DNA of 20,000 bases from the sequence record DRR378314_1079. One strand, given 5' to 3'. Shown piece after piece: positions 1 to 7,523 of the stretch. Under the pieces are notes generated by a model that was not told the DNA's origin, searched no databases, and was given only the letters and a program-made list of their open reading frames with translations. The position numbers and the translations under genes were made by a program. The stretch's first letter is position 1. Each line of letters opens with the position of its first letter.

Positions 1-1110
1 GTAGGCACGCGTGTTATTGTTCCCGTTGGTGTGCTGGGTACCCCCCATGCACCAGATGACCGTGCCAGGGCGGTTGTTCGCGAGGGTGCGAGCGACCCGC
101 TCAAGTTGTGCTCCAGGAGCACCGGTGACACGCTCGACTTCTTCCGGATTCCAGCGCTTCACTTCCTCACGGATATCGTCCATACCGTAGACACGGGTAC
201 GGATAAACTCCTTGTCTTCCCAGCCGTTCTCGAAGATGTGCCAGAGAATGCCCCAGACCAGCGCCACATCGGAACCCGGACGGAATCGAACGTATTCGTC
301 CGCGTGGGCGGCGGTGCGGGTGAAACGCGGGTCGCAAACGATCAGCGGCGCGTTGTTCTCTTCCTTGGCCTTCAGGATGTGCAACAACGATACCGGGTGC
401 GCTTCCGCGGGGTTGCCGCCGATCAGAAAGATTGCCTGTGACTTGTGGATGTCGTTGTACGAATTGGTCATCGCACCGTAGCCCCAGGTATTGGCTACGC
501 CAGCGACCGTTGTGGAGTGACAGATACGGGCCTGGTGGTCGACGTTGTTGGTACCCCAGTAGGCCGCGAATTTACGAAAGAGGTAGGACTGTTCGTTGTT
601 GAACTTCGCGCTGCCCAGCCAGTAGACCGAGTCCGGCCCGCTCTCGTCGCGGATTTGCAACATCTTGTCGCCGATCTCGTTGATGGCCTGGTCCCAGGGA
701 ATTTTCTGCCACTGGCCGTTGACCATTTTCATCGGGTACTTGAGACGGCGTTCGCCGTGAGCGTGTTCACGCACCGAGGCGCCTTTGGCACAGTGCGCGC
801 CAAGGTTGAAGGGGCTGTCCCAGCCGGGCTCCTGCCCGATCCAGGTGCCATTCTGCACTTCAGCCTCGACCGTGCAGCCAACCGAACAGTGGGTACACAC
901 GGACTTCTTGCGAACCACGTTGCCACCCTCCGTCGATGGGGTAGCGGCCTCAACGCGGCCGGAAGTCAGCGACAGAGCTGCCAGGCCACCGACTGTGACA
1001 CCGGAAGCGGCCAGAAAACCACGACGGTCCATGGTCTTCGCAGCGAGGGATGAAAGTAAAGAACCAGCACGGGGGCCTTTCGCTACCCCGTTGGTTTTCT
1101 TTCTTAACAT
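1..1110 (-). CDS. fdhA: Formate dehydrogenase alpha (catalytic Mo/W-bisPGD) subunit, Tat-exported, Cys-type; N-terminal 370 codons only, runs off the window
   Basis: Not in the ORF track because it has no stop in the window. Manual translation from ATG 1110: MLRKKTNG...MDRRGFLAASG (Tat motif), CTHCSVGC...GAHCAKG ([4Fe-4S]), WGTNNVDHQARICHSTT (active-site Cys, TGT at 520-522), GGNPAEAHP. GAGAGG RBS upstream. Confidence 0.96.
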   Translation of the reverse strand, partial: MLRKKTNGVAKGPRAGSLLSSLAAKTMDRRGFLAASGVTVGGLAALSLTSGRVEAATPSTEGGNVVRKKSVCTHCSVGCTVEAEVQNGTWIGQEPGWDSPFNLGAHCAKGASVREHAHGERRLKYPMKMVNGQWQKIPWDQAINEIGDKMLQIRDESGPDSVYWLGSAKFNNEQSYLFRKFAAYWGTNNVDHQARICHSTTVAGVANTWGYGAMTNSYNDIHKSQAIFLIGGNPAEAHPVSLLHILKAKEENNAPLIVCDPRFTRTAAHADEYVRFRPGSDVALVWGILWHIFENGWEDKEFIRTRVYGMDDIREEVKRWNPEEVERVTGAPGAQLERVARTLANNRPGTVIWCMGGTQHTNGNNNTRAY

Positions 1111-1156
1111 GTCAATTACCTCTCTCTCTTTTTATTCTCGTTTTACGGGAGGTGTG

Positions 1157-1189
1157 GTCATTCAAGAGCCTTTCGCAACCTTGAATGAC
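1157..1189 (-). other. Intergenic stem-loop between the small Tat gene and fdhA
   Basis: Perfect 10-bp inverted repeat GTCATTCAAG(1157-1166)/CTTGAATGAC(1180-1189). No U-tract follows on the coding strand. Confidence 0.6.
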
Positions 1190-1199
1190 GCACGCTTCC

Positions 1200-1388
1200 T
1201 TAAAAGCGAGCCGATTCGAAGTACTTACGTGTGTGTTCAGTGTCACGCAGGCCGCGGCTTTTGGGGGCGTCTTTCACCACCTCGGCTGCGGCGTTGGGTG
1301 AGACTGCCAGCGCAACGGCCGCCGGAGCTGCAGCTGCTGCCACCTTCAGGAAACGGCGGCGGCTGTTTTCACGTTTCGGGTTGTCCAT
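1200..1388 (-). CDS. Small twin-arginine signal protein (formate dehydrogenase region Tat target), 62 aa
   Basis: SRRRFLK Tat motif, Ala-rich h-region, AxA site, short tail RGLRDTEHTRKYFESARF. GGAGG RBS. Lies between the torD-like gene and fdhA. Confidence 0.88.
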   Translation of the reverse strand: MDNPKRENSRRRFLKVAAAAAPAAVALAVSPNAAAEVVKDAPKSRGLRDTEHTRKYFESARF

Positions 1389-1429
1389 CGGACACCTCCA
1401 CCTGAGTTAAGGGACCTGGCCGGTCCCAG

Positions 1430-2041
1430 TTATTGAATCGCAAACGCATCCGATTCCACGGCCATGAAAGCCCGCCCAAGCGAGCCCACGGGCGCGTAGA
1501 AGACCGAGTTTTGCGCTTCTTCCAAATCGGTAAAAAACAACGCCGCCCACTTCACCAGGTGCGCGTCGAAAAAGGCTTTCTGGGAAGGCAGGTCGCTATC
1601 GCACGGAAACTCGCCCGCGATGACGCCGGCCATGATTTCACACAGCGTGCCCATATGATCTTCAGGCTCTTTAACGCTGTCTCTGGTCTTGATGCCCCTG
1701 GCCATCAGGTCGCTGCGCAGATTCGCAAGGGGTTTCTCGTTCAGGAAGCCAGTGAGGTAATAACTGGCGTAGGGCAGAAGCTCACCACGACCAATGCCAA
1801 CAAAGAGGTTGTTGAACTCGCGCTCGGCAGCCTCTGGCGCGGTGCGTTGTGCAAGGGCGGCAAGATTTCTGGTGGCGGTGCCGATGGGGGTATCATCACC
1901 CTGCAAGGTGGCCAACCCTCGGAGCAAATCGTTCGAGGGCTGGCTGCCCAGCAGGCCAGCCAGCAACTGATACATCTGGGCGCGCGCGCGATCTTCGTCG
2001 CTGATCGAGCGAGGGCACTGAACTTCTGCAGTGTTGACCAA
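1430..2041 (-). CDS. TorD/DmsD-family redox enzyme maturation chaperone
   Basis: Motifs LPYASYYL and KEPEDHMGTLCE are typical of TorD/DmsD. TTG start with an AGAGAG purine run upstream. Confidence 0.92.
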   Translation of the reverse strand: MVNTAEVQCPRSISDEDRARAQMYQLLAGLLGSQPSNDLLRGLATLQGDDTPIGTATRNLAALAQRTAPEAAEREFNNLFVGIGRGELLPYASYYLTGFLNEKPLANLRSDLMARGIKTRDSVKEPEDHMGTLCEIMAGVIAGEFPCDSDLPSQKAFFDAHLVKWAALFFTDLEEAQNSVFYAPVGSLGRAFMAVESDAFAIQ

Positions 2042-2093
2042 GTCGTCTCTCTCTCAGTTTATTGTTGTGTAATTTTTAATCACCGATCCACTG

Positions 2094-2122
2094 TTTATAG
2101 CTCCGATTCGTGTCGGGCGCAA
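2094..2122 (-). promoter_or_regulatory. Putative sigma70 promoter for the torD-like/Tat peptide/fdhA unit
   Basis: Minus strand TTGCGC-N17-TATAAA in the DUF3306-torD gap. Confidence 0.45.
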
Positions 2123-2138
2123 CTACAGTTCCACACAC

Positions 2139-2768
2139 TCACGAACCGTCAAAACGCATCCGCGGGCGGTAGCGCGGTGCCGGTTCCTCCTCGGTTTCGG
2201 TAACCACAGGTTGCGTATGGCGGGAGGTATCGGGTGAGGCGGCAGCGATGTCGGGTTCGGGGTCTCCGACAGCTTCACGGGGCTCCGGAAGTGCGGTCGT
2301 TGTCGGGGTGTCAGTCGGCAGCGTGGTGGGCTCCCCGGCCGTGTTGTCCTCCATCGCCTCATCCACCTTTTTGGTGCGATCGATCATGCCCTGGCCCACC
2401 TTGTACAAGGTCTTCACAGCGCCGGTTGCGGTGGCCGCGTCCGTGAAATCTTCATCGTAGTCATTCAGGCCGTCCAGCACGGCCAGCACAGGATTGGATT
2501 TCCAAAGCGATCTCAGGGCCCTGCGTCGCAGCAGTTCGGGAATTTCTTTTCGCAGAAACCCGGTGATATCGGTGCCCAGCTCGATGTTATCGGGGTCGGG
2601 CAGGCCGTACTTCTCCAATACCTCGTGCTCGGGCAGGGTCTCGTTGGTGGCAAGTTCCTGCTCCTCGGGTGAAGGACCGGACTCTGTTGGAGGGGGCGAG
2701 GCTGGTTCAGTTTTTCTGCCGGTTTCCGCTTTCTTGCGTGACCAGCGCTGCAGGCGTGATTCGGCCAT
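2139..2768 (-). CDS. DUF3306 family protein (FDH-cluster accessory)
   Basis: SRLQRWSRKK N-terminus, LRRRALRSLW...LDGLNDYDEDFT core, acidic low-complexity tail. ATG overlaps the upstream stop (TGATG); alternative GTG start at 2771. Confidence 0.85.
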   Translation of the reverse strand: MAESRLQRWSRKKAETGRKTEPASPPPTESGPSPEEQELATNETLPEHEVLEKYGLPDPDNIELGTDITGFLRKEIPELLRRRALRSLWKSNPVLAVLDGLNDYDEDFTDAATATGAVKTLYKVGQGMIDRTKKVDEAMEDNTAGEPTTLPTDTPTTTALPEPREAVGDPEPDIAAASPDTSRHTQPVVTETEEEPAPRYRPRMRFDGS

Positions 2769-3346
2769 CACTGGATCCTCGGCTTCTTGATGTTGGCGGG
2801 TGCGCGAAAGACGTCACTCTCCTGCCGGATCCGCGGATCGCCCTTGGCGTCTTCGACTCCGTCCACACGGATCTCGTCACGACGCCGTTTCTTGAAAGGT
2901 TCTTCGATATAGTGCATATCGATAAACTCTTTGATCCAGGCCGCCAGGGACTCGGGGATAGGCACCGGCTCGACAATACTTTCGCCACTGTCCAGGGCAT
3001 CCAGCGCATCGTGGGCACTGGCGGTAATGGTGCTGACAACCCACCCGGACGGGGACTGACGCTTCACGTCCCGATCCATGACGACCCAAATGGAAGGAAC
3101 GTTCATGTTCAGGGACACGAGGTAGCCCTCAACATCGGCGCGAAATAAAGACATTGTGACGGTGCCCGCGTGGTAATCGACCACCTCGCCCTCGCGCACA
3201 AGCTCTTTCCAGAAGGCGTCCGGCGCCCCTGGAATCACCGCGACTGGCTTCCAGATATCCTTCGCCCAGCGGGTCACACCCGGTGAACGGCGAACGACGG
3301 CACCCACCTGTAATTCTCGTTTCCAGTTATCGGTACGGCTGCTCAT
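2768..3346 (-). CDS. DUF3305 family protein (FDH-cluster accessory)
   Basis: RW..W.P.AV.P, L.R.D.EGY..SL, C-terminal H..E.FKKRRRD. Start moved to ATG 3346 because the ORF-track 5' extension crosses the AT-rich divergent promoter. Confidence 0.85.
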   Translation of the reverse strand: MSSRTDNWKRELQVGAVVRRSPGVTRWAKDIWKPVAVIPGAPDAFWKELVREGEVVDYHAGTVTMSLFRADVEGYLVSLNMNVPSIWVVMDRDVKRQSPSGWVVSTITASAHDALDALDSGESIVEPVPIPESLAAWIKEFIDMHYIEEPFKKRRRDEIRVDGVEDAKGDPRIRQESDVFRAPANIKKPRIQ

Positions 3347-3488
3347 GGCATTTCTCTTTTTGTTATAGATTAAAGCTAGCAGGGCGCAAACAATTATCCA
3401 ATTGTTCAAAGGTCGATCGCTGTGGCATGCTCGAATGACAGACTTGTAACGTATACGTATAACAACAACGAAAAGAGTCAAAATCCTG
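3347..3488. promoter_or_regulatory. Divergent promoter region with candidate operator palindromes
   Basis: Minus strand: TTGCGC-N16-TATAAC (3389-3362). Plus strand: ATGACA-N17-TATAAC (3435-3463). Palindromes AACAATT-N4-AATTGTT (3389-3406) and ACGTATACGT (3449-3458). Confidence 0.5.
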
Positions 3489-5468
3489 ATGACGGCACAC
3501 AAGACCCTACTGTTATGTACCTGCGATAAAACGCAGTCTTTCGATCCAGGGGCGCTGCAGAAGGCCGCGGCCGCTGAGCAAGTGGTTGCGGTGGATCAAC
3601 TGTGTGGCAAGGACCTGAAAACCGCTGCGGAGCACCTGGGCGCCGGTAACGATGTGCTGATCGCCTGTGGCCAGCAAGCCGCCTTGTTCGAGCGCCTGGG
3701 TGAGGATCTGTACGCTGAGACTCAGCACGCCGCGGCATTCAGCACCCTCGACATCCGGGATCGCGCCGGCTGGAGTGCGCCCGGTGCCAGGCCAGAGCGT
3801 TTACGCGCCAAGCAGGCGGCCCTGGTTGCTGCCGCCCAGCTGCCCGCGCCCATGGCGCCCGCCAAAACCATTCAGTCCAACGGTGTCTGTTGCATTGTCG
3901 GCCCCACCGAGCAGGCCATCAGGATGGCGGAGCTGGTGCAGGACGAACTGGGCGTCACCTGCATCGTTAATGATGCCGGCCCGATTCAGCTTCCTTCCGC
4001 CGCCTACGACGTGGCCAGAGGCCAATTGACCGCAGCCTCCGGTGCGTTGGGCAATTTCCGGATGGAGTTTACTCAGTTGCAGGCTCTGAATCCCGCTGGT
4101 CGTGGAGCGCTGGGTTACGGAGAGGTGCAGGCCACCGCCCGCAGCGAGTGCGATGTATTTATCGACCTGCGCGGTGGCGCGCCAGCCTTTCCAAGTCATC
4201 AGAAACGTAACGGTTATTTCTGGGCCGATCCGGCCAAAACCGGGGAGCTGGAACGTATTGCCCTGACGGCGCGGGAACGGGTGGGTGAATTCGAAAAAAC
4301 CGTGTACTTCAAGCTGGAAGAATCTCTGTGTGCACATTCACGGGCCAACAAGCCCGGTTGTACCCGCTGCCTGGATGTCTGTCCTACCGAGGCGATTTTC
4401 TCGTTCGGGGACCACATCCAGATCGACTCCGATATCTGCGCCGGCTGCGGTTCCTGTGCGGCGGTTTGTCCGACGTCAGCGGTGACCATGAACGAGACCC
4501 CGTTCGAGCCGCTGGTTAAAGCCATGGATGTGATGGCCAGAGTTTATCGCGAGCATACCAGCGAGGCTCCGCGTCTTGCGTTCCATACCCTGAAAACGGG
4601 CGGTGAGGCCATTGTCTATCTCGCCCGATATGACGATGGGCTGGCGGACGATCTGATCCCGCTTGGGTTGGAGCATGTAGACAGGATTGGCCATGCCGAA
4701 ATCATGGCGGCCTTCGGGGCAGGCTACGCCGAAGTCCTGATCCTCGCGGACAATGACATTGACCGCCGGGCGGTTGCTGCGGAAGTTGAACTGGCCCAGG
4801 CCATGCTGAAAGGCACCCACAATGCGCCTGGCCGGGTCCGTGTCATATCAGCGGCCGAGCTCTGTGCCGCTGGCGACAATGCCGGGCGGGTGAGTGAACC
4901 GGTGTTGCTGGTCGGCGGCCGTCGTGACATTACGCAGGTCGCCGCCAGTGCGATGGCGGACAAGATCGAGGAACCGATCCCGTTGCCCGCAGGCGCGCCC
5001 TATGGAGCGATCGAGATCGATTCCGATAAATGCACACTCTGCCTGGCCTGTGTGTCATTGTGCCCCACCGGCGCTCTTGGCGACCACCCGGACCGGCCGG
5101 AGGTTCAGTTTACGGAAAACGCCTGTGTCCAGTGCGGCATTTGTGAAAGTACCTGCCCCGAGACGGCGATTGTCCTGAAACCGCAACTGGATCTGTCCAA
5201 GGGTGCGCTGAGTGCCCGGGCATTGCACGGCGAGGATCCTTTCGAATGCATCAAGTGTGGAAAACCCTTCGGTGTTGCCAGCACCATCAACCGGATTGTT
5301 GAAAAACTGGAGAACCAGCACTGGATGTACAAGAACGCGGATAACGTCCAGCTCATCAAGATGTGTGACGACTGTCGAGTCAAATCCCAGTTCCACGGTG
5401 AAAGCGCGCCCATGGCGGGGGGAGAGCGCCCCAGGGTCCGCACCAGAGACGACTACCTCGATAGTTAA
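3489..5468 (+). CDS. Multi-[4Fe-4S] (polyferredoxin-like) protein, 659 aa
   Basis: Four ferredoxin-type motifs (CAHSRANKPGCTRCLDVCP, CAGCGSCAAVCP, CTLCLACVSLCP, CVQCGICESTCP), N-terminal Cys set (C10, C12, C39, C60), C-terminal CIKC...CDDC. Confidence 0.93.
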   Translation: MTAHKTLLLCTCDKTQSFDPGALQKAAAAEQVVAVDQLCGKDLKTAAEHLGAGNDVLIACGQQAALFERLGEDLYAETQHAAAFSTLDIRDRAGWSAPGARPERLRAKQAALVAAAQLPAPMAPAKTIQSNGVCCIVGPTEQAIRMAELVQDELGVTCIVNDAGPIQLPSAAYDVARGQLTAASGALGNFRMEFTQLQALNPAGRGALGYGEVQATARSECDVFIDLRGGAPAFPSHQKRNGYFWADPAKTGELERIALTARERVGEFEKTVYFKLEESLCAHSRANKPGCTRCLDVCPTEAIFSFGDHIQIDSDICAGCGSCAAVCPTSAVTMNETPFEPLVKAMDVMARVYREHTSEAPRLAFHTLKTGGEAIVYLARYDDGLADDLIPLGLEHVDRIGHAEIMAAFGAGYAEVLILADNDIDRRAVAAEVELAQAMLKGTHNAPGRVRVISAAELCAAGDNAGRVSEPVLLVGGRRDITQVAASAMADKIEEPIPLPAGAPYGAIEIDSDKCTLCLACVSLCPTGALGDHPDRPEVQFTENACVQCGICESTCPETAIVLKPQLDLSKGALSARALHGEDPFECIKCGKPFGVASTINRIVEKLENQHWMYKNADNVQLIKMCDDCRVKSQFHGESAPMAGGERPRVRTRDDYLDS

Positions 5469-5488
5469 AACAAAAAACAGGACGCACC

Positions 5489-6334
5489 ATGGTTGAATAC
5501 ACCGAAGTAGGAAAACCGAACCTGATTGGTACTGATGCCCCCCGGCCGCAGGACAAAAATCCGAAAGGCGTTGACCGCATTATTGCCATCGCCTCCGGTA
5601 AAGGGGGTGTTGGCAAGTCGACCGTGGCTTCCAACCTGGCGGTGGCTCTGGCCTCGAAAGGCCTGAAAGTGGGCCTGTTGGACGCCGACGTCTATGGTCC
5701 CAGCCAGCCCCGCATGATGGGGGTTTCAGGCCGTCCGTCCAGCCCCGACGGGCATACCATCCTGCCTCTGCGGAATCATGGGGTCACCCTGATGTCGCTT
5801 GGGCTAATGTCGCCGGATGATGAAGCCATTGTGTGGCGTGGGCCCATGTTGATGGGGGCGCTGCAACAGATGATGAACCAGGTGGACTGGGGAAGGCTGG
5901 ACGTACTGCTGGTGGACCTGCCGCCCGGTACCGGTGACGTGCAAATGACCCTGAGCCAGAAATTCTTCGTTGCGGGCGCGGTTGTGGTCTCCACACCCCA
6001 GGACATTGCCCTGATGGATGCCCGCAAAGGCATTGATATGTTCAATCGCATGGAGGTGCCGCTGTTCGGCCTGATTGAAAACATGGCGTCTTTTATCTGC
6101 GATGGTTGCGGTAAGGAGCACCATCCCTTCGGGCACGGCGGCGCCCGGGCGGAAGCGGAAAAGCTGGGCGCGCCCTTCCTGGGCGAGATTCCGCTGGACC
6201 TGGATATCCGCGTTGGTTCGGATGGCGGCGTTCCGATCGTGGTGTCGAAGCCGGACAGCCCACAGTCGCGGGCCTTCCAGCGCATCGCCGATGAACTGAT
6301 CGCCTCGGACGTCTACGCAAAGGCCATGAGATGA
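5489..6334 (+). CDS. apbC: Mrp/ApbC/NBP35 Fe-S cluster carrier ATPase
   Basis: SGKGGVGKST deviant Walker A, DADVYGPS, WRGPM, DLPPGTGD, ENMA.F.CDGC (CxxC). Confidence 0.95.
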   Translation: MVEYTEVGKPNLIGTDAPRPQDKNPKGVDRIIAIASGKGGVGKSTVASNLAVALASKGLKVGLLDADVYGPSQPRMMGVSGRPSSPDGHTILPLRNHGVTLMSLGLMSPDDEAIVWRGPMLMGALQQMMNQVDWGRLDVLLVDLPPGTGDVQMTLSQKFFVAGAVVVSTPQDIALMDARKGIDMFNRMEVPLFGLIENMASFICDGCGKEHHPFGHGGARAEAEKLGAPFLGEIPLDLDIRVGSDGGVPIVVSKPDSPQSRAFQRIADELIASDVYAKAMR

Positions 6335-7035
6335 GTGAGTCACCGCAATTTCCGCCGCTGTTTACGGGCGAACGGGTGCCAAGCCAGACAGACCCGTTTG
6401 ACAAGGCTGTCAGCCGTGCCATTGCCGGCGTTGATTCAGGCACGATTTTCTACTCAGACACCGTCGACACGTTGCGAGCGGCCCTGGTGCTGGCGCCGGA
6501 AAGCTCACTGGAAGAGGCTATCCAGTCGGTCTACGTGGCCCAGATAGGTCTGGCTGAGAGCTTGGGCGCCCTGGCTCCGCCCGAAGTACCGGTGTACTTT
6601 CAATGGCCCGATCGTATCAAGGTCAACGGGGCGATCTGCGGCAGCGTTCGCTTTGCAGCGGATGTGTCTGAGGCCAATGCCCATCCGAACTGGCTGGTGA
6701 TTGGCATTGAGGTACCGTTTTTGCCACTGGGCGGCGAGCCCGGCGAAAATCCGAATCAGACCTGCCTGTACGAGGAAGGCTGCATGGACATCACCCCCAT
6801 GGCGCTTCTGGAAAGCTGGTCAAAGCATACCCTCCTGTGGCTGACCTACTTTATGGACAGCGGATTTGAGCGCGTACACAACGAGTGGCGGCCACGCTGT
6901 GACACCCTGGGTAAAATGATTGATCATCCGAAGCCCGGGCTCTTTGTCGGATTGGATGAAAAAGGCCGCATGCTGTTGCGTGAGGGCGTCATGACCGAGA
7001 CATTGAGTTTGATTGAATTCGCGGAGCATGTATGA
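6331..7035 (+). CDS. Biotin/lipoate protein ligase-fold protein (DUF4444-type C-terminus), catalytic motifs degenerate
   Basis: QWPDRIKVNGAICG aligns with BirA KWPND...K..G. C-terminal GLFVGLDEKGRMLLR resembles the BirA SH3-like domain. ATGA overlap with apbC. Confidence 0.78.
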   Translation: MSESPQFPPLFTGERVPSQTDPFDKAVSRAIAGVDSGTIFYSDTVDTLRAALVLAPESSLEEAIQSVYVAQIGLAESLGALAPPEVPVYFQWPDRIKVNGAICGSVRFAADVSEANAHPNWLVIGIEVPFLPLGGEPGENPNQTCLYEEGCMDITPMALLESWSKHTLLWLTYFMDSGFERVHNEWRPRCDTLGKMIDHPKPGLFVGLDEKGRMLLREGVMTETLSLIEFAEHV

Positions 7036-7508
7036 AACTGGCCCGAACCCTGCGACTGGATATTTCCGATGAGAATGTTTATGAAACGCCGGCCCCCAGC
7101 GGCGAATGGGCCATCTCGGGTGGGTTCGAGTTTTCCAACTGGACCGAGGCGGATCTGACGGGAAAAGCCCGCCAGGCCTTCAGTAACGGTTGGTACAGCA
7201 TCGAGTCGGGCGGTCGCGCCAGTTTTGTGGGCGTGTGCGACATCACCGAGGCGGAACTGGAACAGCTGCGCAAGACCCTGGCGCAGACCTTTGTGGACCA
7301 TTACGGGGCGCCGGATATCGATACCGCCTATCCCGTTGCCTGTGAAGAAATCGACCAGATGCGCAGCATGTGTGAGGATTTCGAGGACAATACGTTGTTG
7401 ATGGTCAGCCGCACCCTGACTGAGCTGGGTGTCGAGGAAACCTACCGCTCCCGGGCGCCGCAGGATGCTTCGCTGGAAGCGTTTGCCGTCCACGGAAGCG
7501 TCGAATGA
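7032..7508 (+). CDS. Conserved hypothetical protein, DUF6505-like
   Basis: 158-aa ORF coupled by an ATGA overlap. GEWAISGGFEF and GKARQAF.NGW motifs recalled from FDH-cluster DUF6505 proteins. Confidence 0.72.
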   Translation: MKLARTLRLDISDENVYETPAPSGEWAISGGFEFSNWTEADLTGKARQAFSNGWYSIESGGRASFVGVCDITEAELEQLRKTLAQTFVDHYGAPDIDTAYPVACEEIDQMRSMCEDFEDNTLLMVSRTLTELGVEETYRSRAPQDASLEAFAVHGSVE

Positions 7509-7523
7509 TGATGGTCGAACGTA

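Noticed and set aside
1111-1199. Moco/Wco riboswitch upstream of fdhA
   Set aside because: The spacer is only ~90 nt with a single hairpin, and I cannot see the multi-stem architecture. An Rfam scan would be needed.
31-1405. Plus-strand ORFs 31-441, 445-1053 and 785-1405
   Set aside because: Antisense shadows of fdhA and the Tat gene in GC-rich DNA, with no recognisable motifs.
3423-3438. Sigma54 promoter at TGGCATG
   Set aside because: No TTGC/GC at the -12 position (AATG instead). The same test fails for TGGCG at 13075.
3347-3502. 52-codon N-terminal extension of DUF3305 in the ORF track
   Set aside because: It crosses the AT-rich divergent promoter and overlaps the opposite gene; ATG 3346 has a purine-rich RBS.
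7509-7523. Terminator between the convergent DUF6505-like gene and moeA
   Set aside because: Only a 15-bp gap with no hairpin or U-tract visible.
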